DNA of 59,730 nt from positions 1-59,730 of the forward strand of contig JBDRIA010000013.1 of the NCBI GenBank assembly GCA_043816345.1, given 5' to 3'. Below, one piece after another: positions 39,295 to 47,983 of this stretch; within the stretch, counting starts at the first letter, position 1, and every line of letters begins with the position of its first letter. This DNA comes from Chloroflexota bacterium (GTDB lineage Bacteria > Chloroflexota > Dehalococcoidia > Lucifugimonadales > UBA2985). A program made the translations under genes and the position numbers. The notes under the pieces were generated by a model. That model ran no database searches. It worked only from the letters and a program-made list of their open reading frames with translations, and was not told the DNA's origin.

Positions 39295-39660
39295 TTGCGA
39301 CAAGAAGAGTTTGAGGAGCTGGTCCTTGACGCTATCGAAGAGTTGCCCCAGGAGCTACTGGCGCGACTGGATAACGTTGCCGTAGTGGTCCAGCAATGGC
39401 CCAGCCGCGCTCAGATGGCCGAGGCGGAGCTAGACCATGAGGAGGAGCTGCTGGGGCTGTACGAGGGCATTCCCCTGACAGACAGGGAGAACTACAACCT
39501 GGTCCTGCCGGACAAGATCACCATCTTCCAGGGGCCGGTGGAGGCCATGTGCCACACCCGAGAGGAGATGGCACGGGAGATCAAGGTCACGGTAGCCCAC
39601 GAGATAGCCCATCATTTCGGCATCGATGATGAGCGACTGGAGGAGATGGGACTGGGGTAG
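39295..39660 (+). CDS. Small zinc metallopeptidase-family protein (DUF1025-like)
   Basis: HEIAHHFG motif near the C-terminus. TTG start. Confidence 0.75.
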   Translation: MRQEEFEELVLDAIEELPQELLARLDNVAVVVQQWPSRAQMAEAELDHEEELLGLYEGIPLTDRENYNLVLPDKITIFQGPVEAMCHTREEMAREIKVTVAHEIAHHFGIDDERLEEMGLG

Positions 39661-39746
39661 GGGTTGGTGGGGATAGGCCCCCATCCCTTCGGCTTCGCTC
39701 AGGGCAAGCTCTGACCTTCCCCCGTTAGCGGGGGAAGGGATCGAGA

Positions 39747-39830
39747 GGTTTTTGATTGTTTGCGGAAATTTCATTTTTATTGCGTCGATTAGCTTTGGAA
39801 TGGTACATGCTCTTTGATTGTTTGTCGGTG
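39747..39830 (-). repeat. Repeat family 2 copy (inverted relative to 27503..27582)
   Basis: Shares CAAACAATCAAA twice and an AAAATGAAA core with the other copy. Confidence 0.7.
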
Positions 39831-39928
39831 GGGTCCTTCACGCAGCGTGAAGGATGGTGGTGGGGCAGTGGAGTGGCAGCGAAGTGGCATGGTACACTCA
39901 GGGTAGCAGAGGGCGGGTGGTGGGGTAA

Positions 39929-39964
39929 GGCGGGGATGGCGGGGATGGCGGGGATGGCGGGGAT
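39929..39964. repeat. Tandem 9-mer GGCGGGGAT x4
   Basis: Four perfect head-to-tail copies. Confidence 0.95.
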
Positions 39965-40011
39965 GCTAGCTATGTAAGAAGTGATGGATGCGGTACTTCT
40001 TGCCCCTAGTT

Positions 40012-40356
40012 CTAGCCTGGCATTCTCCCATGACACCTCTTGTATTTGCGTCCACTACCGCAAGGACAATACTCGTTCCCACCCACTTTTCGTCCAATTC
40101 CGACCCAAGTCTTGGAGGGCCCACCCGCGGGAGCTGCGAAAGCCCTATCAGGCGCACTCACCGCTACGGCCTCAGAAGTTTCATCCTTCGCAACGATTCC
40201 TTGGGTAGAGCTCAACCGATCCGCCTCGGCTCCCAACAAGCGACGCACGTAGTCAGACAGACGCATTCTGCGCCTACGGGCTTCAGATTTTAGCGATCCA
40301 TACTGGGTTTGAGGAATCCGCACCGCTAGAACCTTGCTTGGATCACCTCTCGGCAT
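40012..40356 (-). CDS. Ribbon-helix-helix protein with a C-terminal SEC-C metal-binding motif
   Basis: [35 protein letters not shown] (RHH pattern). C-terminal [14 protein letters not shown] (SEC-C motif). GAAGG RBS before ATG 40356. Confidence 0.7.
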   Translation of the reverse strand: MPRGDPSKVLAVRIPQTQYGSLKSEARRRRMRLSDYVRRLLGAEADRLSSTQGIVAKDETSEAVAVSAPDRAFAAPAGGPSKTWVGIGRKVGGNEYCPCGSGRKYKRCHGRMPG

Positions 40357-40368
40357 GCCCACACCTTC

Positions 40369-40423
40369 TGTAAACGTTTACACTAACTCTTGTACTTAGC
40401 TTAGTGTAAACGGTTTACACTAA
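40369..40423. promoter_or_regulatory. Two palindromic operator-like sites sharing the half-site GTAAAC/GTTTAC
   Basis: TGTAAACGTTTACA (40369..40382) and TTAGTGTAAACgGTTTACACTAA (40401..40423), immediately upstream of the RHH/SEC-C gene. Confidence 0.65.
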
Positions 40424-40480
40424 GAAAGCAAGTACCCAGAGGCGGCGCAGAGCGGGCCGCCCGCCGCCGACTTACTAGCG

Positions 40481-40600
40481 CACGAGATAGCCCATTACTC
40501 TGGCATTGATGATGAGCGGCTGGAGGAGATGGGGTTGGGGAGTGGCAGCGCAGTGGCATGGTAGACTCAGGGTAGCAATAGGGGGGGTGAAGGGGTAATG
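40481..40600 (+). repeat. Degenerate second copy of the metallopeptidase gene 3' end plus its downstream flank
   Basis: 40481..40540 matches 39598..39657. 40541..40600 matches 39872..39930. In the first copy the two halves are separated by a 214-bp insert. Confidence 0.8.
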
Positions 40601-40724
40601 GGGAAGTGGCGGGAGGAAAGACGGAGAAGATGGCTATGAACAAAGAAGAGGCGAAGCAGAGAGTGGCGGAGCTGGTGGAGAAGGGGGTACTGATCCCCCT
40701 TCTCCTCGTGTGTGATATATTGAT

Positions 40725-41570
40725 ATGCAAACCGAGGAACACGCTGTCAGGCTAGCCCGATGTTCCAGGAAGCAGGAGACACACTTGTTGGAAACTAAAG
40801 GCACTTGGATTGACGTGTTCATCACCTGCGATACGGCCATAGCAAACGGACAGCTCATCCACAGGGTGTCTAGGCAAGACAAAGAGTTCCATTTCCAGGA
40901 CTGGTTTCAACAGAGACTGGACTCACTGGGTCTGAACTATGATCTGCCTGCCAGGAATACCTATCCAGATTTTCGCCTCGTGAATTCCCCCGAAGGGTAT
41001 GAGGTCAAGGGCCTTGCCTATCCCGGGCGCGAGGCATCTTATGACTCAAACAGCCAGGTGCCGACGGGAATTCACGGCGGGCGAACGATCTACTACTTGT
41101 TTGGCCGTTACCCCAGCAACGTTGCTGAGGACGACTATCCGGTGATCGACATGGTGCTCTGCCATGGGGACTTCCTGAACGCAGATCACACGTACGTGCA
41201 CAGGAACAAGAGCATCAAAGGTTTCGGGTCCTACGGTGACATCATGATCCGGGATCGCAAAATGTACGTTTGTCCCACACCGTTCGCTATAGCAACCGGT
41301 ACTGTTGGGCAGCGGACACTCATTGTCCCGGCTGAGTTTCCGATTGACTCGCGGCTTCAGGCCGTTGGAGAGTTGAGAAGAGTCGAAAGTGACCAGCTAG
41401 TAGTGGGCTACGAGTTTAACCTTGGGTCGAATACATTATTGCCGCAACACGTGTCAAATCCCGACGCAGGCAGAGAGCATGTGTTTATTGCGTACCGCTC
41501 AGCGCAGGGAAGCCCATCGAGGGTAACGATCAGGCCAACGTCTACGCCACGTTCCAACGCCGATGAATAG
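40725..41570 (+). CDS. Putative PD-(D/E)xK restriction endonuclease
   Basis: YPDFRLVNSPEGYEVKG fits PD..(10-12)..ExK. 8-nt overlap with the downstream methyltransferase. Confidence 0.6.
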   Translation: MQTEEHAVRLARCSRKQETHLLETKGTWIDVFITCDTAIANGQLIHRVSRQDKEFHFQDWFQQRLDSLGLNYDLPARNTYPDFRLVNSPEGYEVKGLAYPGREASYDSNSQVPTGIHGGRTIYYLFGRYPSNVAEDDYPVIDMVLCHGDFLNADHTYVHRNKSIKGFGSYGDIMIRDRKMYVCPTPFAIATGTVGQRTLIVPAEFPIDSRLQAVGELRRVESDQLVVGYEFNLGSNTLLPQHVSNPDAGREHVFIAYRSAQGSPSRVTIRPTSTPRSNADE

Positions 41571-43737
41571 ACAGCTACCTCTTGCTGCCCCGCCCGAGCC
41601 GCTAGAACCAAGCGGAGTTACAGGCAAGCGCGCAATTGAGGATCCCTGGTTTCCTTTCGAGGAAATCAGCCAGATAGCGCAGGCGGAGAGCTGGAGAAAA
41701 GAAGTACACCGACCGGCCAGCCACATCCACAAATGGTGGGCCCAACGGCTGGGTTCGGTGTTCAGAGCAATAGTGATCGGGGCGCTGGCTCCGCAGTCTG
41801 CTGATGTGATGGAACTCTACCGTAGTCCGACTAGGTTCCCAGGTGCCGTGGTGTTCGATCCCTTCATGGGGAGTGGTACGACAGTCGGAGAGACACTGAA
41901 ACTTGGGGCTCGGGCTGTTGGCCGGGACATCAATCCTGTTGCCTATTTCCAAGTGAGAACGAGCCTTAAGCTCACTTCCCGGCAAGAGCTCATGGCTGCC
42001 TTCGAGGCAATTCGACGGGACGTTTCGAATGAAATCTTGGGCTACTATAAAGCTCGGCTCGAAGATGGCCGTATGGCAACGGTGCTCTACTATTTTTGGG
42101 TTAAGCAAGTCGATTGTCCTCTTTGCAAACAAGCTGTTGATCTGTTTCCTACATATGCATTTGCCAGACATGCGTATCCCGGGCGCTACTCCAGGGCGCA
42201 AGTGCTATGTCGACGGTGCGGCAGCATAGGTACAGTTGCAGATATATTAAAGGCATACAAATGCGATACTTGCGACGAGGTTTTTGACCCAAGACAGGGC
42301 CCGGCGCGCGGCAAGCACGCAACGTGCCAGACATGCAATACCACATTTCCCATTGGGGAAACTATTAGAAACCAGGGTAGTCCACCCAAACACAGAATGT
42401 ATGCAAAACTTGTTGTCACCCCGGATGAAAACAAAGCATATCTCCCCATCGACCAGTACGATCTCAGTCTCTACCGAGATGCACAGCATGCACTATGCAA
42501 TCGTGGAGATCCTTATCCGGTGGCCGAGATACGTCCTGGCCACAATACAAATCAAGTGCTGAACTACGGTTATCTGTACTGGCACCAGATGTTCAATGAC
42601 AGACAGTTGCTTTGCTTGAGCATCCTCGCGGAGCGTATCTCTGCGATTGAGAAAGAACCACTGCGGGAAATCTTCACATGCCTGTTCACTGGTGCCCTTG
42701 AGTTCAACAACATGTTTGCATCTTACAAGGGTGAGGGCACCGGAGCCGTACGCCACATGTTTTCTCATCACATATTGAAACCTGAACGCATGCCCCTAGA
42801 GGCAAACGTCTGGGGCACTCCGAAGAGTTCCGGTGCTTTCTCTACATTGTTCAAGACTCGCCTGTTGCGAGCAGTGAGCTATTGGGAGGATCCTTCGGAG
42901 TTACTTGTGGACAAGACGCGTGACGGTTTGAAGTCTCGGAAGATGTTCGGCCTGTCGAGGCATACTTCCTTGGAGGCGGCGATTTCATTTGCCACACTCG
43001 GGCCAAATGCACCTGTTTTTTTGAGTTGTGGTGACTCAGCGACCACAGATATGCCTTCTGCCAGTATCGACGCCGTGATCACCGACCCGCCGTTCTTTGA
43101 TAACGTACACTATTCAGAATTGGCGGATTTTTTCTACGTCTGGCAGCGCCACATGCTGGGTGCCAACGGCTATTTTGCAAGTGAATCTACCCGCTCAACG
43201 GCCGAGGTGCAACACTCAGATGCCGACACCTTCCTAGAACGGCTCACAAACGTTTGGCTCGAATGCAGTAGAGTGTTGAAGGACGACGGCATCTTGGTTT
43301 TTACTTATCACCACGCGCGCGTGGAAGGATGGCGCAATCTTGCCCAGTCTCTGCTCAGGGCGGGCTTCCGTGTAGTTCAATGCCATCCGATCAAGTCCGA
43401 AATGTCGGTTGCAACTCCGAAACGTCAAGCGAAAGAGCCTATTGATCTGGATAGCATCGTGGTGTGCAGGAAAAACTCGCCGAGTGATATATCTGATTCT
43501 CGAGATCTGCGTGACATTCTCATTGATGTGACGGCGGAGGCAAGTGCGCAGGTGCAGAGACTACATCAAGGTCACCAAATCTTGCCTCGGGCCGACGTTC
43601 GCGTTGTGGTGATGGGCCAACTTCTGGCTCACCTCTCTCACGTGCGAGACGAAGAAACCCTTCTCGATCAATTTGAAGTGCTAGCTAACGACGTTCCGTC
43701 AATTGTCGCTCAACTGGTCCCAACGCAAGGCGAGTAA
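41563..43737 (+). CDS. DNA methyltransferase with an internal four-CxxC zinc-ribbon region (DUF1156-like architecture, unverified)
   Basis: SAM motif VFDPFMGSGTT, catalytic DPPFF motif (ITDPPFFDNVHY), and CPLC/CRRC/CDTC/CQTC between them. Confidence 0.8.
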   Translation: MNRQLPLAAPPEPLEPSGVTGKRAIEDPWFPFEEISQIAQAESWRKEVHRPASHIHKWWAQRLGSVFRAIVIGALAPQSADVMELYRSPTRFPGAVVFDPFMGSGTTVGETLKLGARAVGRDINPVAYFQVRTSLKLTSRQELMAAFEAIRRDVSNEILGYYKARLEDGRMATVLYYFWVKQVDCPLCKQAVDLFPTYAFARHAYPGRYSRAQVLCRRCGSIGTVADILKAYKCDTCDEVFDPRQGPARGKHATCQTCNTTFPIGETIRNQGSPPKHRMYAKLVVTPDENKAYLPIDQYDLSLYRDAQHALCNRGDPYPVAEIRPGHNTNQVLNYGYLYWHQMFNDRQLLCLSILAERISAIEKEPLREIFTCLFTGALEFNNMFASYKGEGTGAVRHMFSHHILKPERMPLEANVWGTPKSSGAFSTLFKTRLLRAVSYWEDPSELLVDKTRDGLKSRKMFGLSRHTSLEAAISFATLGPNAPVFLSCGDSATTDMPSASIDAVITDPPFFDNVHYSELADFFYVWQRHMLGANGYFASESTRSTAEVQHSDADTFLERLTNVWLECSRVLKDDGILVFTYHHARVEGWRNLAQSLLRAGFRVVQCHPIKSEMSVATPKRQAKEPIDLDSIVVCRKNSPSDISDSRDLRDILIDVTAEASAQVQRLHQGHQILPRADVRVVVMGQLLAHLSHVRDEETLLDQFEVLANDVPSIVAQLVPTQGE

Positions 43738-43753
43738 CGTCAGCGATGGTAAG

Positions 43754-43927
43754 ATGGATCGGATGCTGGAGCTGCAAGGGCGGCTGGGGCCGATACGGGA
43801 CATACCTACCAGCGAGCGGGACGATTTGCTGCGAGAGGTGGAGCGGGTGGATGGGGAGATAGACGAGCTGGTGTATGAGCTGTACGGGCTGACGGAGGAA
43901 GAGCGGCGGGTGGTGGAAGGGGGCTAA
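43754..43927 (+). pseudogene. C-terminal remnant of a type IIG/BREX-like methyltransferase
   Basis: ..EIDELVYELYGLTEEERRVVEGG is the characteristic tail of such enzymes. Only about 57 codons are present. Confidence 0.55.
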
Positions 43928-43959
43928 GGGCTTGGTTCTGTTAGTGGGGGTGAGGCACT

Positions 43960-44043
43960 GGATTCCGAGTCCTTCCCAGGAAGGACTCGGAATGACATAG
44001 GGGGCGCTGGGAATGATCCTTCGACAGGCTCAGGATGAGCGGG
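43960..44043. repeat. Partial MITE-family copy (palindromic core plus the CCCTGAGC..CGAAGG module)
   Basis: ATTCCGAGTCCTTCC-ca-GGAAGGACTCGGAAT and GATCCTTCGACAGGCTCAGGATGAGCGGG. Related to 50436..50575. Confidence 0.7.
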
Positions 44044-44046
44044 AGG

Positions 44047-45780
44047 CTACTCCCATTCTATGGTCCCAGGGGGCTTGGAGGTGATGTCATAGACGACGCG
44101 GTTGACCTCTGCCACCTCGTTGACGATGCGGCTGGAGATTTTCGCCAGCACGTCGTAGGGGAGGCGGGCCCAATCGGCGGTCATGGCGTCCTCGCTGGTG
44201 ACGGCACGTATTGCCACCATGTAGCCGTAGGTGCGGAAGTCGCCCATGACACCCACGGTGCGGGTGTCGGTGAGGACGGCGAAGCTCTGCCATAGCTCGT
44301 TGTAGAGGTTGGCTGACTGGATCTCGTCCATGACGATCCAGTCGCAGGCCCGCAGCACCTCCAGTTTTTCCCAGGTGACCTCGCCGATGATGCGGATGGC
44401 CAGGCCAGGGCCGGGGAAGGGCTGACGGTACACCATCTCCTCCGGCAGACCCAGGGCCAACCCCACCTCTCGCACCTCGTCCTTGAAGAGGTAACGCAGG
44501 GGTTCGACCAGGGAGAGGGTCATGTTCTCCGGAAGGCCGCCGACGTTGTGGTGGCTCTTGATGGTGGCCGAAGCCTTGCTATCGGAGGACTGGCTCTCGA
44601 TGACGTCGGGGTAGAGGGTACCCTGGGCCAGGAAGTCCACTTGGCCAAGCTGGTCTGCCTGCTTCTCGAACACCCGTATGAAGTCCTCTCCTATGGTGCG
44701 GCGCTTCTCCTCGGGGTCTACGACCGTGGCCAGCCGCGTGAGGAAGTCCTCGGTGGCGTCCACGTAGACCAGGTTCATCTTCAGGTTGCGCTCAAAGGTC
44801 TCGATGACCTGCTGGGCCTCTCCCTGGCGGAGGAGGCCGTTGTTGACGAAGATGCAGGTGAGTTGCTCGCCGACGGCCCTGTGGATGAGAGCGGCAGCCA
44901 CCGCGGAGTCTACCCCTCCGGAAAGGGCGCAGATGACCTTGCCATCTCCCACTTGCTCCTTAATACGGGCTACGCTCTCATCGGCGAAGTTGCTGGGGGT
45001 CCATGTCCCCTGGCATTGGCAGATGCGGTACAGGAAATTTTCGATAATCTTCTTGCCTTCAGGGGTGTGTACCACCTCTGGATGGAACTGAAGGCCCAGG
45101 ACTCCTTTGTCGTTGCCCAGGACGGCAATGGGGGAGTTGTCGGTGTAGGCCAGGGAGCGGAAGCCGGGAGGCAGCTCCTGGACCTGGTCTCCGTGGCTCA
45201 TCCACACTGTGATGGAAGAGGGCAGGTCGGCGAAGAGGGGGCTTTTTTCGGCGTTCTGATGGAGAACGGCATGGCCGTACTCACGCCTGCTCCCTGGCAC
45301 CACCTTTCCTCCTAGCTGGTGGACCAGAACCTGTAGCCCGTAGCAGATTCCCAGGACGGGGAGATGTCTCTCATATAGCCAGGGGGGAGCCATAGGGGCA
45401 TTTGGTTCGTAGACACTGGCGGGGCCGCCGGACAGGATTACTCCCCGAGGATTGAGAGGAGCTACCTGCTCCCAGGGGGCATCGTGGGGTACTATCTCGC
45501 AGTACACCCTGCACTCTCTGATTCGCCGTGCGATGAGGTGGCTGTACTGGGAGCCGAAGTCTACCACCACTACTGCCTCGCCCTTGCCACTGGGGGTTTC
45601 TTCTGCGGCGGGGCGCAGTCCTCCTTTTGCCTCAGCGATCTCTAGATAGGTGGAGACTTCAACGTCGTCGCTGGTAGCTATCCGGTGGGTGGTAGGTTCC
45701 TTGCTTTGGGAGGACATTCTCTCCTGTGTTGCTTGCAAAACCGTCGCCCTCAGATTAGCATCTGTGGTATACTCGGTCAA
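44047..45780 (-). CDS. guaA: GMP synthase (glutamine-hydrolysing)
   Basis: GATase domain (ICYGLQ), ATP-PPase SGGVDS, and a conserved C-terminus ..KPPGTIEWE. The N-terminal extension of about 60 aa may be over-called. Confidence 0.95.
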   Translation of the reverse strand: MTEYTTDANLRATVLQATQERMSSQSKEPTTHRIATSDDVEVSTYLEIAEAKGGLRPAAEETPSGKGEAVVVVDFGSQYSHLIARRIRECRVYCEIVPHDAPWEQVAPLNPRGVILSGGPASVYEPNAPMAPPWLYERHLPVLGICYGLQVLVHQLGGKVVPGSRREYGHAVLHQNAEKSPLFADLPSSITVWMSHGDQVQELPPGFRSLAYTDNSPIAVLGNDKGVLGLQFHPEVVHTPEGKKIIENFLYRICQCQGTWTPSNFADESVARIKEQVGDGKVICALSGGVDSAVAAALIHRAVGEQLTCIFVNNGLLRQGEAQQVIETFERNLKMNLVYVDATEDFLTRLATVVDPEEKRRTIGEDFIRVFEKQADQLGQVDFLAQGTLYPDVIESQSSDSKASATIKSHHNVGGLPENMTLSLVEPLRYLFKDEVREVGLALGLPEEMVYRQPFPGPGLAIRIIGEVTWEKLEVLRACDWIVMDEIQSANLYNELWQSFAVLTDTRTVGVMGDFRTYGYMVAIRAVTSEDAMTADWARLPYDVLAKISSRIVNEVAEVNRVVYDITSKPPGTIEWE

Positions 45781-45788
45781 GATAAAAC

Positions 45789-46466
45789 ATGAGTGGCCCT
45801 CAAGGAATTCAGACCGTTGAACACCAGGTAGAGACGGCGGTATCCACTCTTCTGCAGGGAGGACTTGTAGCCTTTCCCACCGATACGCTATATGCCCTTG
45901 GAGCTAATGCCTTCATAGAGGACGCGGTACGCCGGGTGTATCAAGTGAAACACCGGCCCCTGGAGATGGCGTTACCCCTGCTTCTGGCTAGCGCGACGGA
46001 CATGAAGAAGGCGGCAGTCCATATTCCCCAGATAGCCTGGGACTTGGCCGAGCGATTCTGGCCCGGCGCACTTACCCTGATCTTACACAAAGGGCACTCC
46101 ATCTCATCTCTTGTGACGGCGGGGAAAGGGACAGTGGCGGTGCGTGTGCCTAATCATCCCCTGGCCCTTAAGCTCATCGAGGCTACGGGCGCTCCGCTGA
46201 CGGGTACCAGCGCCAACAGGTTCGGAGAAAGCGAACCCGCTACTGCCAAGGAGGTACGCCAACAGCTGGGAGAAGAGGTAGACATGATACTGGACGGGGG
46301 AGCCTGCCCCTTGGAGGTGGCCTCCACCATTGTAGACATGACTTCGGACATTCCCCAGATTGTGCGAGAAGGAGCCATATCCACCTCTCTCTTGGGGCAG
46401 GTGTGCCCGGGGATTGGAAAGGCCGTTCAAGGAGCCGAGATGGGAAAAGAAGGAGTCGCGCTGTGA
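45789..46466 (+). CDS. tsaC: L-threonylcarbamoyladenylate synthase (YrdC/Sua5 family)
   Basis: [18 protein letters not shown] and [10 protein letters not shown] motifs. Confidence 0.85.
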   Translation: MSGPQGIQTVEHQVETAVSTLLQGGLVAFPTDTLYALGANAFIEDAVRRVYQVKHRPLEMALPLLLASATDMKKAAVHIPQIAWDLAERFWPGALTLILHKGHSISSLVTAGKGTVAVRVPNHPLALKLIEATGAPLTGTSANRFGESEPATAKEVRQQLGEEVDMILDGGACPLEVASTIVDMTSDIPQIVREGAISTSLLGQVCPGIGKAVQGAEMGKEGVAL

Positions 46467-46939
46467 AGGTAGCCCTGGGATGCGACCATAATGGCGTGGA
46501 GCTAAAGCGCCATTTGATGAGCCTGCTCCAGGAGCTAGGCTATGAGTATCAGGACTTCGGGTGCTATGATACCAACCCCGTGGACTATCCAGATGTGGCG
46601 TGGGAGGTGGCCCAAGCGGTTGGTGACAGCCGTTTCGATAGGGGAATGCTCATATGCGGGACTGGCATCGGCATGAGCATTACTGCCAACAAAGTCCCCG
46701 GAGTCCGGGCTGCCCTTTGCCACGATGCTTTCAGCGCCCGCCGCGCCCGAGAGCATAATGATGCCAACGTCCTCTGCCTGGGAAGCCAGGCTATAACGCA
46801 GGAAGTCGCCAGGGACATAGTGAAAGTCTACCTGGAGACCCAGTTCGAGGGAGGGCGTCATGCCCGCAGGGTGGAGAAAATCAGCGCCCTGGAAGGCCGG
46901 AACCTGGAAGAAAAAACGAATATCAGGCACTCTCCATGA
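46463..46939 (+). CDS. rpiB: Ribose-5-phosphate isomerase B
   Basis: [11 protein letters not shown]..., ICGTGIGMSITANK. GTGA overlap with tsaC. Confidence 0.9.
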   Translation: MKVALGCDHNGVELKRHLMSLLQELGYEYQDFGCYDTNPVDYPDVAWEVAQAVGDSRFDRGMLICGTGIGMSITANKVPGVRAALCHDAFSARRAREHNDANVLCLGSQAITQEVARDIVKVYLETQFEGGRHARRVEKISALEGRNLEEKTNIRHSP

Positions 46940-47967
46940 AGATCATGAGCTTACCCTCCGCATTCAGTCGCTATGGAGAGAACATAGAGGCTGAGCTCAA
47001 GTCCTTGATCATGGGACAGACCCTCCCCCTGTACCGGATGATGGCGTATCAAATGGGCTGGCTGGATGAGCAGGGGGAAGCGGTCGAAATGGAGACTGGC
47101 AAGCGCATTCGTTCCACCCTCTGTCTCCTCGCCTGCGAAGCTCTGGGGGGCAATCTCAAAAAAGCGTTGCCCGCCGCCGCGGCTCTGGAACTGGTGCACA
47201 ACTTCTCACTAATCCACAACGATATTCAGGACGACACACCGGAGCGGCATCACAGGCCCACGGTGTGGTGGATGTGGGGACCCGCCCAGGGCATCAACGC
47301 CGGCGATGGGATGCATGCATTGGCCCGCCTGAGCCTGCTACGGCAAACGGAGAAGGGGATGCCTCCGGAACAGGCGCTGAGGGCGGTGGCCATCCTGGAC
47401 ACGGCCTGCCTGCGTCTCTGCGAGGGGCAATACCTGGACCTGACCTACCAGGAGCGGGTAGACATCTCACAAGATGCTTACTTTCAGATGGTGGAAGGGA
47501 AGACCTCTGCTCTTATGAGCTGTGCCGCAGAGTTTGGGGCGCTTATGGCCTCCGCGCCGGAGGGGGCGGTGCAGGCCATGGCGCGGTATGGTCATAAGCT
47601 GGGTCTGGCCTTCCAGATCAGGAATGACATTCTGGCCCTGTGGGGGTCTGGGAACAATGGAAAACCCCTGGCGGGGGATATCCTCAACAAGAAGAAGTAT
47701 TTGCCCATCATCTACGCCCTTCAAAATGCCACCGGCGCTGAGAAGCGCTCTCTGGACGACGTATACTTCAAGCGGGTGATGGAACCCGAGGATGCGGCAA
47801 GGGTTATTGAGGTTTTGGACAGGTTGGGTGCCAGGGATTTCTCTCAGGAGAAAGCCGATACCCTGTGCCAGGAGGCCCTAGCGGCCCTGGATGAAGCTGG
47901 CCCCTCTTCACAAGGAGCAGATGATCTCATCTGCTTAGCCCACTTCTTGGTGACCAGGGATACTTAA
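46936..47967 (+). CDS. Polyprenyl diphosphate synthase
   Basis: First aspartate-rich motif region FSLIHNDIQDD and a second DILN region. ATGA overlap with rpiB. Confidence 0.85.
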   Translation: MKIMSLPSAFSRYGENIEAELKSLIMGQTLPLYRMMAYQMGWLDEQGEAVEMETGKRIRSTLCLLACEALGGNLKKALPAAAALELVHNFSLIHNDIQDDTPERHHRPTVWWMWGPAQGINAGDGMHALARLSLLRQTEKGMPPEQALRAVAILDTACLRLCEGQYLDLTYQERVDISQDAYFQMVEGKTSALMSCAAEFGALMASAPEGAVQAMARYGHKLGLAFQIRNDILALWGSGNNGKPLAGDILNKKKYLPIIYALQNATGAEKRSLDDVYFKRVMEPEDAARVIEVLDRLGARDFSQEKADTLCQEALAALDEAGPSSQGADDLICLAHFLVTRDT

Positions 47968-47983
47968 CATTCTGGGAGGCTCT

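Noticed and set aside
39725-40036. 103-aa minus-strand ORF with IPAIPAIPAIPA
   Set aside because: Its translation is driven by the 9-bp tandem repeat and repeat-family DNA. It is unlikely to be a gene.
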